DNA of 64,000 nt from a virus (Duplodnaviria > Caudoviricetes). The position numbers were made by a program, and so were the translations under genes. The stretch lies in the IMG/VR virus record IMGVR_UViG_3300031784_000006; one strand, written 5' to 3'. Below are positions 27,675-38,084 of the stretch, one piece after another (positions within the stretch are counted from its first letter, which is position 1; each line of letters starts with the position of its first letter). The notes beneath the pieces are model-generated. The model was not told the origin of the DNA. It ran no database searches and worked only from the letters and a program-made list of their open reading frames with translations.

Positions 27675-30140
27675 TTTACGCTGCAGCTCCTATACTAAGA
27701 CTTGTTACGGATTGCCCTGAGTTCAAAGCAATTCTTATAAGAACAACATTACCAGTAGCATTACTCATGTTTTCGCTACCTAGTGTCATAGTATAACCAC
27801 CACTTAAAGATGTTGATGCAAGAATTCTATCTCCATTAGTGAAAGCACAACCATCAGAACCATTTCCACCCGGCCCACTACCAGGAACTCCAGAACCTCC
27901 ATAAGCAGTATCTGCTCTTAACCAACCATTTAATCCACTTGTAGTATCTATACTTGTTCCTGGAGCAGCAATCCAAACACCAGCGACACCAGTTGAACTT
28001 GTAATGTTAATATCAAAGTTAGCAACAACTCTTCTTCTAAACGCAAAAGTAAAATACTGAGTTCCACTTCTTCCTGATGAAAAATCTGGACCAACTGGAA
28101 GATATCCAGTAGAATAATTTACTTGATTGTGAGTGATAGCACCCAATCTAACAACTGCTTCTGCTGTTGTAGTAATTCCTGCCGGAGAAGATGATTCGGA
28201 ATATGGATTGTTAGTATAGAAATTAGTTGCTCCATTATAAGAAGGAGTTGTCGTAGTAACTCCAGGGCCAAAATCATAAATTCTCTTTCCATTATCAGTA
28301 TAAGTTCCATCACCAAGTCCAGAAGGAACTGCTATTGAAATTTCACTAATTTCACTCTGCGCTGCAGTATGAACTTGAATATTAGTAGCAATATCACTTG
28401 CGTAACTACTGGTTCCATTTACATTCTTAGCACGAACTCTAACTCTATCGATAGTTCTTACACTTGATGTTGTAATAGGAACTGTTAGGTTACCCAATGC
28501 ATATGGGGAAGACACCCCAACATTAGCAATAGGTATTCCTCCACTCAACATACTTGAAGGACCATTAATTTGAGTATATGTATAATCAGTATCTGGTGTA
28601 GCTGCACTGGAGGTTCCCTCTTGGTTTGTTCCAGTGTCAACTTCAACAATGTTTGTTTGGTTAGTGTAAGTTTGTCCTGTTAAATTAGTAACCGTTAATC
28701 CGGATAAAGTTAGAGTTGGTGAACCAGTGTTGTAATATGGAATACCAGAAACATAACGATAAGTACCAGCAACATTTTCTGCAAGTGTTGCAGTCGAAAT
28801 ACTTACAACAGGTGTGGCAGTTACATCATCCTTAACAAACTGCACTGCGTTTGTATTACCAGTGTCACTATGAAGCAATCTCATACTATTCACACCAACG
28901 CTTAAAGCAGAAACTGCTTTTGAAACTTTTGCCTTAAATCCTTTATACAACCCAGGATAATAGATACTTGAGGCAAAAGTTGTAGTTGAACCAGAAGAAT
29001 TCAATAACTGATAATCACTCTCTTCTGTAATTACCAAACTTGTATATGTTCCAGAATCATCACCACTAGTTAATACTCGGGAACCATCGGAGGAACTGTT
29101 TACATGTGCTGTAAGAGTTCCACTATTTGCATTATATGCAAACGAAGAAGTTGCCGTGGCTTCAGCAGTTCCACCAGTTACACGAGTAACATCATTCCCT
29201 GCGGATAAAGTAGTTCCGCCAGTATTATCAGTAAATCCAGAAACAAGTCTTGGATTTGTCCCTGTACTAGTGACATTAGATAATGTTTTACTACTTAATC
29301 CATCTGGAGCTGCAGGAGCATCATCGTAAACTTTCAACAATGCAGTTCCGTTAGTGGGAATAACGGCAGGGTCTGCAGTGTTATGTGCGTTTAAAGTTAA
29401 AGTAAGCGTATCTCTAGTTGTAGAACTATTTGTTCCCTCGGACCAAGTATGCTGAAGTCTTGAAGCAGAAACATCTGCTCCACCATTAGCAGTATTGTTT
29501 GCAATAGAATCATTTGATGAACCATCCCCCCAATTCATTGTATAATTGACTGTTGCTCCACTTGTATTTGAAGTATTATTATCTAAGTACAGTGATTGCC
29601 CTTCAACTACATATAAATCATTTCCAGAAAGAACTGAACCCCCAGAAGATGCTCTATACAAATCAAAAGTAACCACTGGATTTGGCGTATAAACTGTAAT
29701 ATAATTACTCTTTGCAGTAGAATAACTGCTTCCTGCACCAATTCCAGAATTATTTTTAGCAACTAAAGATATTGAGAACTGTCCACCAGCAGGTTGGGTA
29801 TATGTATGTGGAATAGAAGCAGATGTATAGTTTGATGTTGTTGTACCGTCTCCCCAATCAACATCATAACGATTAGCGTTTCCAGAACTTGTAACCGATA
29901 GTGTAATTGATAGTGGAGAACCTCCAGCTAATGAATTTGAAGAGAAATCTACATTAGTGACTGCAGTATTTCTTATAATATTAAATGCAAGTTCGTTGAG
30001 GTCATCAATACTATCAACCAACTTAGTACTTCCAGAAAGAGTATTGAGTGCCCCGTTGCTAGTAATACTAGAATCTGTTGGAGTTCCTAAAGTTAATGAA
30101 CCACCTTCTCCATAATAATTTGTTGCAGTTACAACACCAC
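27140..30140 (-). repeat. Copy B of the ~3 kb direct repeat
   Basis: Colinear with ~7900-10920; boundaries approximate. Confidence 0.8.
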
Positions 30141-31722
30141 TAATATTTGCGTCAGTGTTAAAATTTGTGGAAGTGGATGATATTGTAGCGGATAATGAAC
30201 CATTATTGTAGAAGAATAAAATATTTTCATTTGCTCCAGGAGATGATTCTGGAATAATATAGGTGTTGCCATCAACATCCTTAACACCACCAAGAGAACC
30301 CCAAGAACCACCAGGTCCATAACCTTCAAAGGTTGAGAATTCAGTGTTATATCGGATTTGTCCAGTTACAGCTACACCAACAGAATCTCTTTGTGCTGTT
30401 GTCCCAACAGGAATTTGAATGGAATTTGTGCTGTTAAAAATAACTCTGTTATTAAAAGTAGATACTCCAGATACCGATAACTGGTCGTCAACAATTACTG
30501 TGCCATCAAAAGAATTAAGTGTTAGGTTTCCTGAAGAGGTATCAATTTCATTATCATCCGCAACACCTATTCTTACATTATCAATTGTTGCTCCATTGTT
30601 TGCATCAATTAAATTAGTAAAGGTTGATATTCCTGTTACATTTAAATTATTACTTACATTTAAATCTGAATTAACATCAACTCTGTTATTAAAAGTAGAT
30701 ACTCCAGATACTGATAATTGGTCGTCAATTATTATTGTACCCTCAGCAGAATCAAGTGTTAGATTTCCAGAGGAAGTATCAATTTCATTATCATCAGCAA
30801 TCCCAATTCTTACATTATCAATCGTTGCTCCATTGTTTGCATCTATGGTATTGGAGAATGTAGAAACACCAGTTACGGTCAAATTATCACTTATATTCAG
30901 ATCTGAATTAATATCAACTCTACTGCTAAAAGTAGATACTCCAGATACCGATAACTGGTCGTCAACAATTACTGTGCCATCAAAAGAATTAAGTGTTAGG
31001 TTTCCTGAAGAGGTATCAATTTCATTATCATCCGCAACACCTATTCTTACATTATCAATTGTTGCTCCATTGTTTGCATCAATAGTATTAGAGAATGTAG
31101 AGACTCCTGCAACATATAGATTATCATTAAATGTAGAAAATCCAACAAATGTACTAATTCCACTTAATGTTGTATTCCCACCTACATATAAATCTTGGAT
31201 TAAGTTAACATTATCATTAAATGTAGAAAATCCAGAAATACTTAATTGATTTGAAAATAATGTTTCCGAAATAGTAGTAATTCCGGACAAAGTTGAAATG
31301 CCATTTACAGTAATATTGTTGGAAACAAAAACATCTCCAGAAACTGTCAATTCTGAAGATGGATTTGTTGTTGCTATACCAACTTTACCACCACCGGTTG
31401 CGAGAACAACGTCTTTATCTGTTGAAGAATTTATTTCTAAAACATCTAAAGTATGAGAATTGAAAGAAATATTTCCCTTCAAAACTCCATTTTGCTTAAA
31501 ATTCAAATAAGAAGTTGAAGTAATTCCAGAATCAATATCTAAAAAGGATTCTCCCTCAGTGCTTCTAACAGATAATTTAGCTTTGGGTGGAAAATATAAC
31601 TCTAAATCTGCTGCGGGATTTGTGGTTCCCAGACCAACTCTACCAGTATCTGCATCAGCAACAATGAGATTTGAGTTAACCTCTAAACCATGTTTTACTA
31701 CAAAGTTTTTGTTTATACCCAA
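27676..31722 (-). CDS. Tail-fibre/adhesin-like protein with PKD-like domains (module B, gene 1)
   Basis: 1348 aa; N-terminal KNFVVKHGLEV fibre motif, 79-aa shaft repeats, IPVGTTAQR motif, C-terminal PKD region paralogous to 8446..11274. Confidence 0.8.
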   Translation of the reverse strand: MGINKNFVVKHGLEVNSNLIVADADTGRVGLGTTNPAADLELYFPPKAKLSVRSTEGESFLDIDSGITSTSYLNFKQNGVLKGNISFNSHTLDVLEINSSTDKDVVLATGGGKVGIATTNPSSELTVSGDVFVSNNITVNGISTLSGITTISETLFSNQLSISGFSTFNDNVNLIQDLYVGGNTTLSGISTFVGFSTFNDNLYVAGVSTFSNTIDANNGATIDNVRIGVADDNEIDTSSGNLTLNSFDGTVIVDDQLSVSGVSTFSSRVDINSDLNISDNLTVTGVSTFSNTIDANNGATIDNVRIGIADDNEIDTSSGNLTLDSAEGTIIIDDQLSVSGVSTFNNRVDVNSDLNVSNNLNVTGISTFTNLIDANNGATIDNVRIGVADDNEIDTSSGNLTLNSFDGTVIVDDQLSVSGVSTFNNRVIFNSTNSIQIPVGTTAQRDSVGVAVTGQIRYNTEFSTFEGYGPGGSWGSLGGVKDVDGNTYIIPESSPGANENILFFYNNGSLSATISSTSTNFNTDANISGVVTATNYYGEGGSLTLGTPTDSSITSNGALNTLSGSTKLVDSIDDLNELAFNIIRNTAVTNVDFSSNSLAGGSPLSITLSVTSSGNANRYDVDWGDGTTTSNYTSASIPHTYTQPAGGQFSISLVAKNNSGIGAGSSYSTAKSNYITVYTPNPVVTFDLYRASSGGSVLSGNDLYVVEGQSLYLDNNTSNTSGATVNYTMNWGDGSSNDSIANNTANGGADVSASRLQHTWSEGTNSSTTRDTLTLTLNAHNTADPAVIPTNGTALLKVYDDAPAAPDGLSSKTLSNVTSTGTNPRLVSGFTDNTGGTTLSAGNDVTRVTGGTAEATATSSFAYNANSGTLTAHVNSSSDGSRVLTSGDDSGTYTSLVITEESDYQLLNSSGSTTTFASSIYYPGLYKGFKAKVSKAVSALSVGVNSMRLLHSDTGNTNAVQFVKDDVTATPVVSISTATLAENVAGTYRYVSGIPYYNTGSPTLTLSGLTVTNLTGQTYTNQTNIVEVDTGTNQEGTSSAATPDTDYTYTQINGPSSMLSGGIPIANVGVSSPYALGNLTVPITTSSVRTIDRVRVRAKNVNGTSSYASDIATNIQVHTAAQSEISEISIAVPSGLGDGTYTDNGKRIYDFGPGVTTTTPSYNGATNFYTNNPYSESSSPAGITTTAEAVVRLGAITHNQVNYSTGYLPVGPDFSSGRSGTQYFTFAFRRRVVANFDINITSSTGVAGVWIAAPGTSIDTTSGLNGWLRADTAYGGSGVPGSGPGGNGSDGCAFTNGDRILASTSLSGGYTMTLGSENMSNATGNVVLIRIALNSGQSVTSLSIGAAA
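30443..31115 (-). repeat. Three copies of a 237-nt (79-aa) shaft repeat
   Basis: Anchors at 30481, 30718, 30955; outer copies identical over ~155 nt. Confidence 0.85.
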
Positions 31723-31753
31723 GGTTCACTCTCCCCTTGCTTTTCTTTTTAGT

Positions 31754-31761
31754 TATTTATA
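31754..31761 (-). promoter_or_regulatory. T4 late promoter (TATAAATA)
   Basis: Exact T4 consensus upstream of 31722. Confidence 0.7.
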
Positions 31762-31765
31762 AAAA

Positions 31766-31772
31766 CTAAATA
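31766..31772 (+). promoter_or_regulatory. Divergent late promoter (CTAAATA)
   Basis: Motif 25 nt upstream of plus-strand ATG 31798. Confidence 0.5.
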
Positions 31773-31797
31773 ATAAAAAAAGTATTTTTGAAACAAT

Positions 31798-32127
31798 ATG
31801 GCTTCTCAAGTATTAAGTGGTTCAACTGATGTTGGATATACAAATAACACCGGGCAAAATGTAAGGGTAATAATAAATTACATGGGTGGTACTGATATTT
31901 CTATCAGTTGGGCTGGAGTTTCTGTAAGTAGCACAGGTTTATCTGCGATAGGTAGAAATCTAGCTTATACCAGCGCATCTTCAACATCTTCAAACAACTC
32001 ACTAACTCTAGATTTAACCGGTACTGCAGCAGCTCTTCCAACAGAAATAATGTTAGCACCAACGCAAACATTTTCAGCAACTGGTATTACTTCGTATAAT
32101 ATCGTAGTAATACCAGAACTTGGTTAA
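31798..32127 (+). CDS. Small hypothetical beta-rich protein
   Basis: 109 aa; fills the gap between two minus-strand genes and has its own promoter motif. Confidence 0.7.
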   Translation: MASQVLSGSTDVGYTNNTGQNVRVIINYMGGTDISISWAGVSVSSTGLSAIGRNLAYTSASSTSSNNSLTLDLTGTAAALPTEIMLAPTQTFSATGITSYNIVVIPELG

Positions 32128-32136
32128 TTGGGGCAA

Positions 32137-35100
32137 TCAAATAGGAATACTAAATCCGCGAGTGGTATATGGATATAGTGAGAAACTATTGTCAAAATTG
32201 ATTCTATTGTTTGCATCATCATAAGTAACGCTAATTCCTGTCTGAATTCCAGAATTAATTGCGGCACCAATAGCATCCTGAACTCTCTCTTCACTGAAAT
32301 AAAGATTTGTTGACCCTTCATTTAAGAAGTCAGTACTTGTCAATACGCCACTAACAACAGAAGAGGCTGAAGACCAAATTAAAGTACCAGAACCATTTGT
32401 CGATAAAATACTTCCAGCAGTACCAACTGTAGTTGGAAGGGTCCAAGTGTAGTTAGAATTTAAAGTTGGCGCATTTACTCCAATATAATTACTCCTATCA
32501 GATTCATATATTCTAATTTCACCAGCAACAACTAAGTTTCCAGTAACATCTAAAGCTCCCAATGGAGTTGGGGTATTAATTCCAACATTACCATTAAAAT
32601 CCACTACAAGAGGAGTTGTTGTATCATCCGGATTTCTGCTGTCAATTCTGACAATATTTCCAGAAGTACTTGTCGATCTAATGCGTACAGAACCACCCGA
32701 TGTAGAAACAATATCCAATCTTGTTGAAGGTGATGAAGAATTGATTCCTAGAGCATTTCCTACAAAAAGATTTGTACCATTAAAAGATAATGCGGAAGAA
32801 CCTCTAAAGAATCCACCATCATTATATTGAAGAGAATTCAAAGGAAGTCCGGGATATCCAGTTCCGCCACCTGTCGCATCAAATGTAATACTCGCTATTC
32901 CAGAATTTTGAACTGCAGATATAGTAACACCATATCCAACAAAGTTAATTTCCGTAGCAACTCCAACAAAAGTTCTGTTGGAACCCAATCCAGTAGAAAC
33001 ACCAACACGAAGAGGATTTGAACTAAATGTTAAAGTTGTAATTCCACTAACAGTGTCATATGATGAAGTTATCGTGGCACCAAGACCCGATCTAAAGTTA
33101 ATTAGGGTGGAAAAACCAACATAAGAACCTGATGAAGATACCCCAACGCCAAAGTTTCCAATATATCCAAAATTTTCCCATCTATTATTCGAGGTGTATA
33201 CCCATCCAATATAATCATTTGTTGCCGGAATTGCATTATATGTAACATCTCCAGGATTTCCGGCAACTGTTGGCGTTGAAATACCTACAGTATACTTTCT
33301 AGATATATTTTGGTCTCCTTTCAATAGTAAAGAATTAGATTCAATACCTTTCTCTGAAGAAGAAACAATTTTGTTATTAAAAATGACAGGACCATCAAAT
33401 TTAGAAATAACTTTATTTTCTGGCCCACCATCGACTCGAATAGAATTCTTAACATTTACATCAATAGGTGATATTACATTAAACCCTACATTTGGACCGG
33501 AGGTAAAATCTTCTCCAACTGTCGTTTGTATTGGGGTTTCAACAAACTCTTCTTGTCCTGTGGTTGCATTTATTTTTTTATTTCCGGTATAGAAACTACC
33601 ATCGGCATTCATTCCGGAGAATACAACCATACCACCATTTTTCTTAACCGATTGTGATAAAACTTCTTCCTGTTCGGTTAAGATTCTTTGCTGCTTATCT
33701 GGCAATGATGTTGAATAATTGCCAGGGCCATATCCAACGTATTCAAAGGTATGTGCAGACGCTCTAATTAAAGAGTTTCTACGGAATTCTATAGGTCTTG
33801 GATTAATTCTTTTTACAACAGCACCATTTACATGTGTTGACTTACTACTTCCAAGTAATCCCCTAAAAACTGAAACAGGATTTCCAGTTACTGTGCTCCT
33901 AATTCTAACAATCTCTTCATCTATTTGAAGATAATCTCCAACATTTAAACTTAGATTAGTGACATTTGAAATACTTATTGTATTAGCATTTAAATCAGTA
34001 ATTGCAGCAGATAGTGTAGTAGTAATACCTGCATATGGAGATACTAGTCTTCCAAAAAGATTTTCATTTGACCTAGTAACATTTCCACCACCAGCAGAAA
34101 AACCGTTTATATAACCAAATATAGTGCCAGATGTTGATGGAGTTGTCGTGCTAATGCCAAAATTAACAATAAACGTAGAAAGACCAACAACATTATTAAC
34201 TACAAAATTTCCATTGTAGAAAGATTGTTGAGCGCCACCAAAAGTAATAGAACTATTTCTAAATAATCCATGAGGTTGTTGTGTAGTAACTGTAGCTAAT
34301 CCAGTAAATCTATTATAAGAAATTGATAATATATTCAAACTTTGTCCGGTTAAAACTAAACCACAACCCAAAGTAATTGTTACTCCAAGACCAGTTACAG
34401 AAGGATTTTGAATAGTTGAAGCAGATGAAACCTGTATTTTTTTATGTTCACCAGTAGATATTCCTACAATTCTGTAAAGATTATTGTATGATTCGTATTC
34501 ATCAACATTAATTCCAACAAAACTTAAAGTATCGCCAATATTAGAATTAATGTTACTCGATACAATTGATGCGGGGACAAAGGAAGTCGTTGTAGCAATG
34601 CCAACAACTGTCATGGTGTTGCCAATTCCATATGCACTACCACCATCCATAATTTTTATATCAAAAATAGTACCCGCAGCACTAACAGCAACTCTAGCAG
34701 TTGCATTTTTCCCAGATGTTGATTCTCCATAACCAACTAATCTGCAGTTATAAAAATACTCAACACTACCACTACCAGTACCATATCCATTTCCACCATT
34801 TACTATGGTTACTCCAGTTAATTGATTAAATCCATGATCTATCTTAGTATAGAAAGTATGAGAAGTTCCCACTGAATTAGAAATCACATCAGTAACTCCA
34901 ACACCAACATGCAAATCTAATAACTTTTTCTCTAAAGTTTCTTTAGTAATACTATTTTGTGGTTCATTAATAACAACTTGTCCTATAGGAGAAGACAGTG
35001 CAAATGATTTTGCTGATTTTGGATCAGATGCTGGATTATCTCTATTTGTTTGTGGATAGAGATTTTTAATTGGTTGTAAGTATTTTTCAGATGTAAAAGG

Positions 35101-37998
35101 AGAAGTTGTTGGGGAATTTGAGGCATTTACTACAGATAAGTAATAAATTCCATCCCTCTCACCTTGAACATATCTTTGAATTTCTTCACTTTGATATACT
35201 AAGTAAGTATTTGAAAATTCTTTTTTCTTAAAGTATGGTGAAGTCGTATCTCTCAGTGAAGTATTATTAGTAAAAGTACCTGGATTATTTTTAACGGGTA
35301 TATAAAATTCTCTTGCACTACTAATACCGGAAACAACAAAAGTGCCATTAAATGAAGTATTTGCAATTCCAGATTCATTATTAGTACTCTTTACATTTAA
35401 TATTTCAACTTTAGAACCTATTTCCAAACCATGAGGTAATTCTGTAACGACTTTAGCTACACCAGATTCCCATGTAGCACCCGCAATGAGTCTTTGATTT
35501 CTTAGTTGTGTAGAATTTGTTAAAGTAGTACCGGAAGGATTAAATTGGTATCCAACTTCCAATGAAGTTGGTTCTATAGAACTATTAGACTCTTGAATTA
35601 CATATCCATTAAGAGGTGGACTTGCTACAAATGGCGAATCTGCAGGAATTACATACCTAACTCTATAAATTGTATCTAATGGATTTCTATTATCAGGAAT
35701 TCTCTTGATGTATGTCTTTGGTGTTGCTTGGCCCAAAGAAGTTGTTCCCAGACCAACAATTCTCGAATACAATGTATTTTCGCTAGAAGCAGATGATACA
35801 TTTACATACCATTGATTATTTGAGGAATCCCATTGTATTGGATGTCCCAAATCTCCACTATTCTTGTCAGATACTCTACTAACAACTTTTAGTATTCCAC
35901 CACGATTGTTAATATCTATTTCATTTAGCCCAATTGCATCATTTAATGATTTAGCTATTTTAATGGTATTGGATGAAATTCCGGTAGTAATAGCATAATA
36001 TATTTGATTATGGTCTACTCCATCGGGAAGATGTCCATCATTCGATACGATTCTTATTGTTTCTCCATTTGCAAAGGTGTGAGGCGCAGTAAAAGTAATT
36101 ATATTTGAAGTTATACTATTAACTCCAACTGAATTCCTTCCAACATAAAAAATCTTTTCCAAAGAAGTAGATGTTGTGAGTGGCATTACCACTTTTGCAG
36201 AATATTCTGTAGAAACTCCACTTCTGGTTAAAGTGAGGTTTAAAGTTTCTCCAGATTTTGCACCTATACGATATCCTTCAATTACACTATCGGGAAGTAG
36301 TGCTTCATTATTTTGATTGTATAAGTATAACCTTCCAGAATTTGAAACACTTAAAGTTTTAGGTACATCAATAGAATAATAATCTACATTTATTTCTGAA
36401 GAATCTATTACTTTTGGTGGAATAATATGAGTTATGTACCCAATATCATCTTTTTTAAACGCATTTGATTTAAATCCAGAAGAAACAAGTCCTCTACTTC
36501 CAAAAGTGCAGTTCGAGTTGTTGACAGATTGATCACCACCACTCTCTGCAACAAATTGCTCACAATAACCAATAGAAAATACAGATACTAATTGGAGATA
36601 TGCATCATTTTTACACTTTACATGGTAGTTTGAATATTCTGGTTTATATCTTGCTAAAATATCTGATGTAATATTTTCATTACCAGATGCTGTGCTATCT
36701 TGATATAATCCCAATGTAGGATTGTATTTCACAAAAGCATTTCGATCTTTTTGCAGTCCAACAGCAGTAAATTGGGCTACAACCATACTCTTAAATCCAT
36801 CTGCTTTACTTCCATCAGCAAGCAGTCCACACATTCCATATACAGAACGCAATGAACAGTTAAAGATATATGGAGAAGCAGAAGTGACAGTATCTACAAC
36901 AATACTAAGGTTTGCAGAACCACTGCCGGGAAGGGGAACTGTTGGTGCATTCTGAACTCTATATTCTACTTGTGTAGAACTATTAACTTTACTTACTACA
37001 TATTGTCCATTAAATCCTAAAGCATCTACTCCAGAAATCTTAATTGGAGTATCAACCTCCAGACCACTAACTGGTTGCTGAAGATCGACAGTAATTGTTG
37101 TGCTAGTTACTGAGCCATTTCCAGAACGAATACTAGAAATACCAACTTCAACTCCACGAGAACCAACAATTCTATATTCATCTACTTTTGGTTGAATATC
37201 AAGAGATGTTGATGGGTAATCAGGTTGAATTTCTCTCCCAGATGATTGTCCATAAGCAAGACCAATCTTTTCATAATACATCTTAAGATCAGTTCTACCA
37301 GAATAATAAGTGGCAAAACTATCATCAATAACTACAGGATTTACACCATCAGCATACTCAAATGCAGTAAGTTTATGATGAGAGAAATTGGGAACAAAAG
37401 TACTTGATGAATAATCGGAATATGCAAAAGAATTTGGGTCAGAATCTAGAAACGTAAACTGCCAAAAATAACAAGAACCAGTTACTCTAAAAATTGCAGA
37501 AGATTCTACGTTTGGATTTTCTGGATTAGGTACATATAATGGTCGAATTTTTGTCTTTCTTAAATCAAGTCCAACGATTGAAGTTCCTCTAGGAACTATA
37601 ACACCACCATAAACAGAATTAAATTTGTAGAGTTGGTTTTCTGAAGAAGATAAGTCAAAATTTGAATTTAAGTCTAAGGGAGGAAAATCTGAAGAGGTTG
37701 TTCCATTTCTAAGAAGATATGTATTATTTCCGTATGGTATCCATCCAGGTCTGTTATCTACTAAATGGTCTCCTGGATACAAAACAATTGTAGTTTTTCC
37801 AAATCTATCATTATCAATTCCTGCTTGATAAGAAAATCTAGAAGCTTCTATTAATGCTCTCTGAATAGTTTTAAATGGTCTAGTTAAACTATTACCCTGA
37901 TTTTCAATGCTATCTGTAGAGTCAATACTATTTGGATCAACATATAAAATCGTTCCGCGTACTGATTTCAGAAAATTATCGAGACGTGAAAGACCCAT
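32137..37998 (-). CDS. Large virion structural protein (cyanomyovirus tail/baseplate-associated type)
   Basis: 1953 aa; N-terminal LSRLDNFLKSVRGTILYVDPNS...PFKTIQRALIEA and repeated TxxPHGL/F small beta-barrel motifs. Confidence 0.7.
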   Translation of the reverse strand: MGLSRLDNFLKSVRGTILYVDPNSIDSTDSIENQGNSLTRPFKTIQRALIEASRFSYQAGIDNDRFGKTTIVLYPGDHLVDNRPGWIPYGNNTYLLRNGTTSSDFPPLDLNSNFDLSSSENQLYKFNSVYGGVIVPRGTSIVGLDLRKTKIRPLYVPNPENPNVESSAIFRVTGSCYFWQFTFLDSDPNSFAYSDYSSSTFVPNFSHHKLTAFEYADGVNPVVIDDSFATYYSGRTDLKMYYEKIGLAYGQSSGREIQPDYPSTSLDIQPKVDEYRIVGSRGVEVGISSIRSGNGSVTSTTITVDLQQPVSGLEVDTPIKISGVDALGFNGQYVVSKVNSSTQVEYRVQNAPTVPLPGSGSANLSIVVDTVTSASPYIFNCSLRSVYGMCGLLADGSKADGFKSMVVAQFTAVGLQKDRNAFVKYNPTLGLYQDSTASGNENITSDILARYKPEYSNYHVKCKNDAYLQLVSVFSIGYCEQFVAESGGDQSVNNSNCTFGSRGLVSSGFKSNAFKKDDIGYITHIIPPKVIDSSEINVDYYSIDVPKTLSVSNSGRLYLYNQNNEALLPDSVIEGYRIGAKSGETLNLTLTRSGVSTEYSAKVVMPLTTSTSLEKIFYVGRNSVGVNSITSNIITFTAPHTFANGETIRIVSNDGHLPDGVDHNQIYYAITTGISSNTIKIAKSLNDAIGLNEIDINNRGGILKVVSRVSDKNSGDLGHPIQWDSSNNQWYVNVSSASSENTLYSRIVGLGTTSLGQATPKTYIKRIPDNRNPLDTIYRVRYVIPADSPFVASPPLNGYVIQESNSSIEPTSLEVGYQFNPSGTTLTNSTQLRNQRLIAGATWESGVAKVVTELPHGLEIGSKVEILNVKSTNNESGIANTSFNGTFVVSGISSAREFYIPVKNNPGTFTNNTSLRDTTSPYFKKKEFSNTYLVYQSEEIQRYVQGERDGIYYLSVVNASNSPTTSPFTSEKYLQPIKNLYPQTNRDNPASDPKSAKSFALSSPIGQVVINEPQNSITKETLEKKLLDLHVGVGVTDVISNSVGTSHTFYTKIDHGFNQLTGVTIVNGGNGYGTGSGSVEYFYNCRLVGYGESTSGKNATARVAVSAAGTIFDIKIMDGGSAYGIGNTMTVVGIATTTSFVPASIVSSNINSNIGDTLSFVGINVDEYESYNNLYRIVGISTGEHKKIQVSSASTIQNPSVTGLGVTITLGCGLVLTGQSLNILSISYNRFTGLATVTTQQPHGLFRNSSITFGGAQQSFYNGNFVVNNVVGLSTFIVNFGISTTTPSTSGTIFGYINGFSAGGGNVTRSNENLFGRLVSPYAGITTTLSAAITDLNANTISISNVTNLSLNVGDYLQIDEEIVRIRSTVTGNPVSVFRGLLGSSKSTHVNGAVVKRINPRPIEFRRNSLIRASAHTFEYVGYGPGNYSTSLPDKQQRILTEQEEVLSQSVKKNGGMVVFSGMNADGSFYTGNKKINATTGQEEFVETPIQTTVGEDFTSGPNVGFNVISPIDVNVKNSIRVDGGPENKVISKFDGPVIFNNKIVSSSEKGIESNSLLLKGDQNISRKYTVGISTPTVAGNPGDVTYNAIPATNDYIGWVYTSNNRWENFGYIGNFGVGVSSSGSYVGFSTLINFRSGLGATITSSYDTVSGITTLTFSSNPLRVGVSTGLGSNRTFVGVATEINFVGYGVTISAVQNSGIASITFDATGGGTGYPGLPLNSLQYNDGGFFRGSSALSFNGTNLFVGNALGINSSSPSTRLDIVSTSGGSVRIRSTSTSGNIVRIDSRNPDDTTTPLVVDFNGNVGINTPTPLGALDVTGNLVVAGEIRIYESDRSNYIGVNAPTLNSNYTWTLPTTVGTAGSILSTNGSGTLIWSSASSVVSGVLTSTDFLNEGSTNLYFSEERVQDAIGAAINSGIQTGISVTYDDANNRINFDNSFSLYPYTTRGFSIPI

Positions 37999-38028
37999 CT
38001 TATTAATACTTATAGTTCCGTTATGGAT

Positions 38029-38036
38029 TATTTATC
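38029..38036 (-). promoter_or_regulatory. T4-type late promoter (GATAAATA)
   Basis: Directly downstream of a terminator, 30 nt upstream of ATG 37998. Confidence 0.6.
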
Positions 38037-38042
38037 ATACAA

Positions 38043-38067
38043 CAAAACCTCCACAAGGGAGGTTTTG
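38043..38067 (-). terminator. Intrinsic terminator
   Basis: 10-bp inverted repeat CAAAACCTCC/GGAGGTTTTG with 5-nt loop and a U-rich tail. Confidence 0.75.
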
Positions 38068-38084
38068 AAGTCACACTTTTCGGG

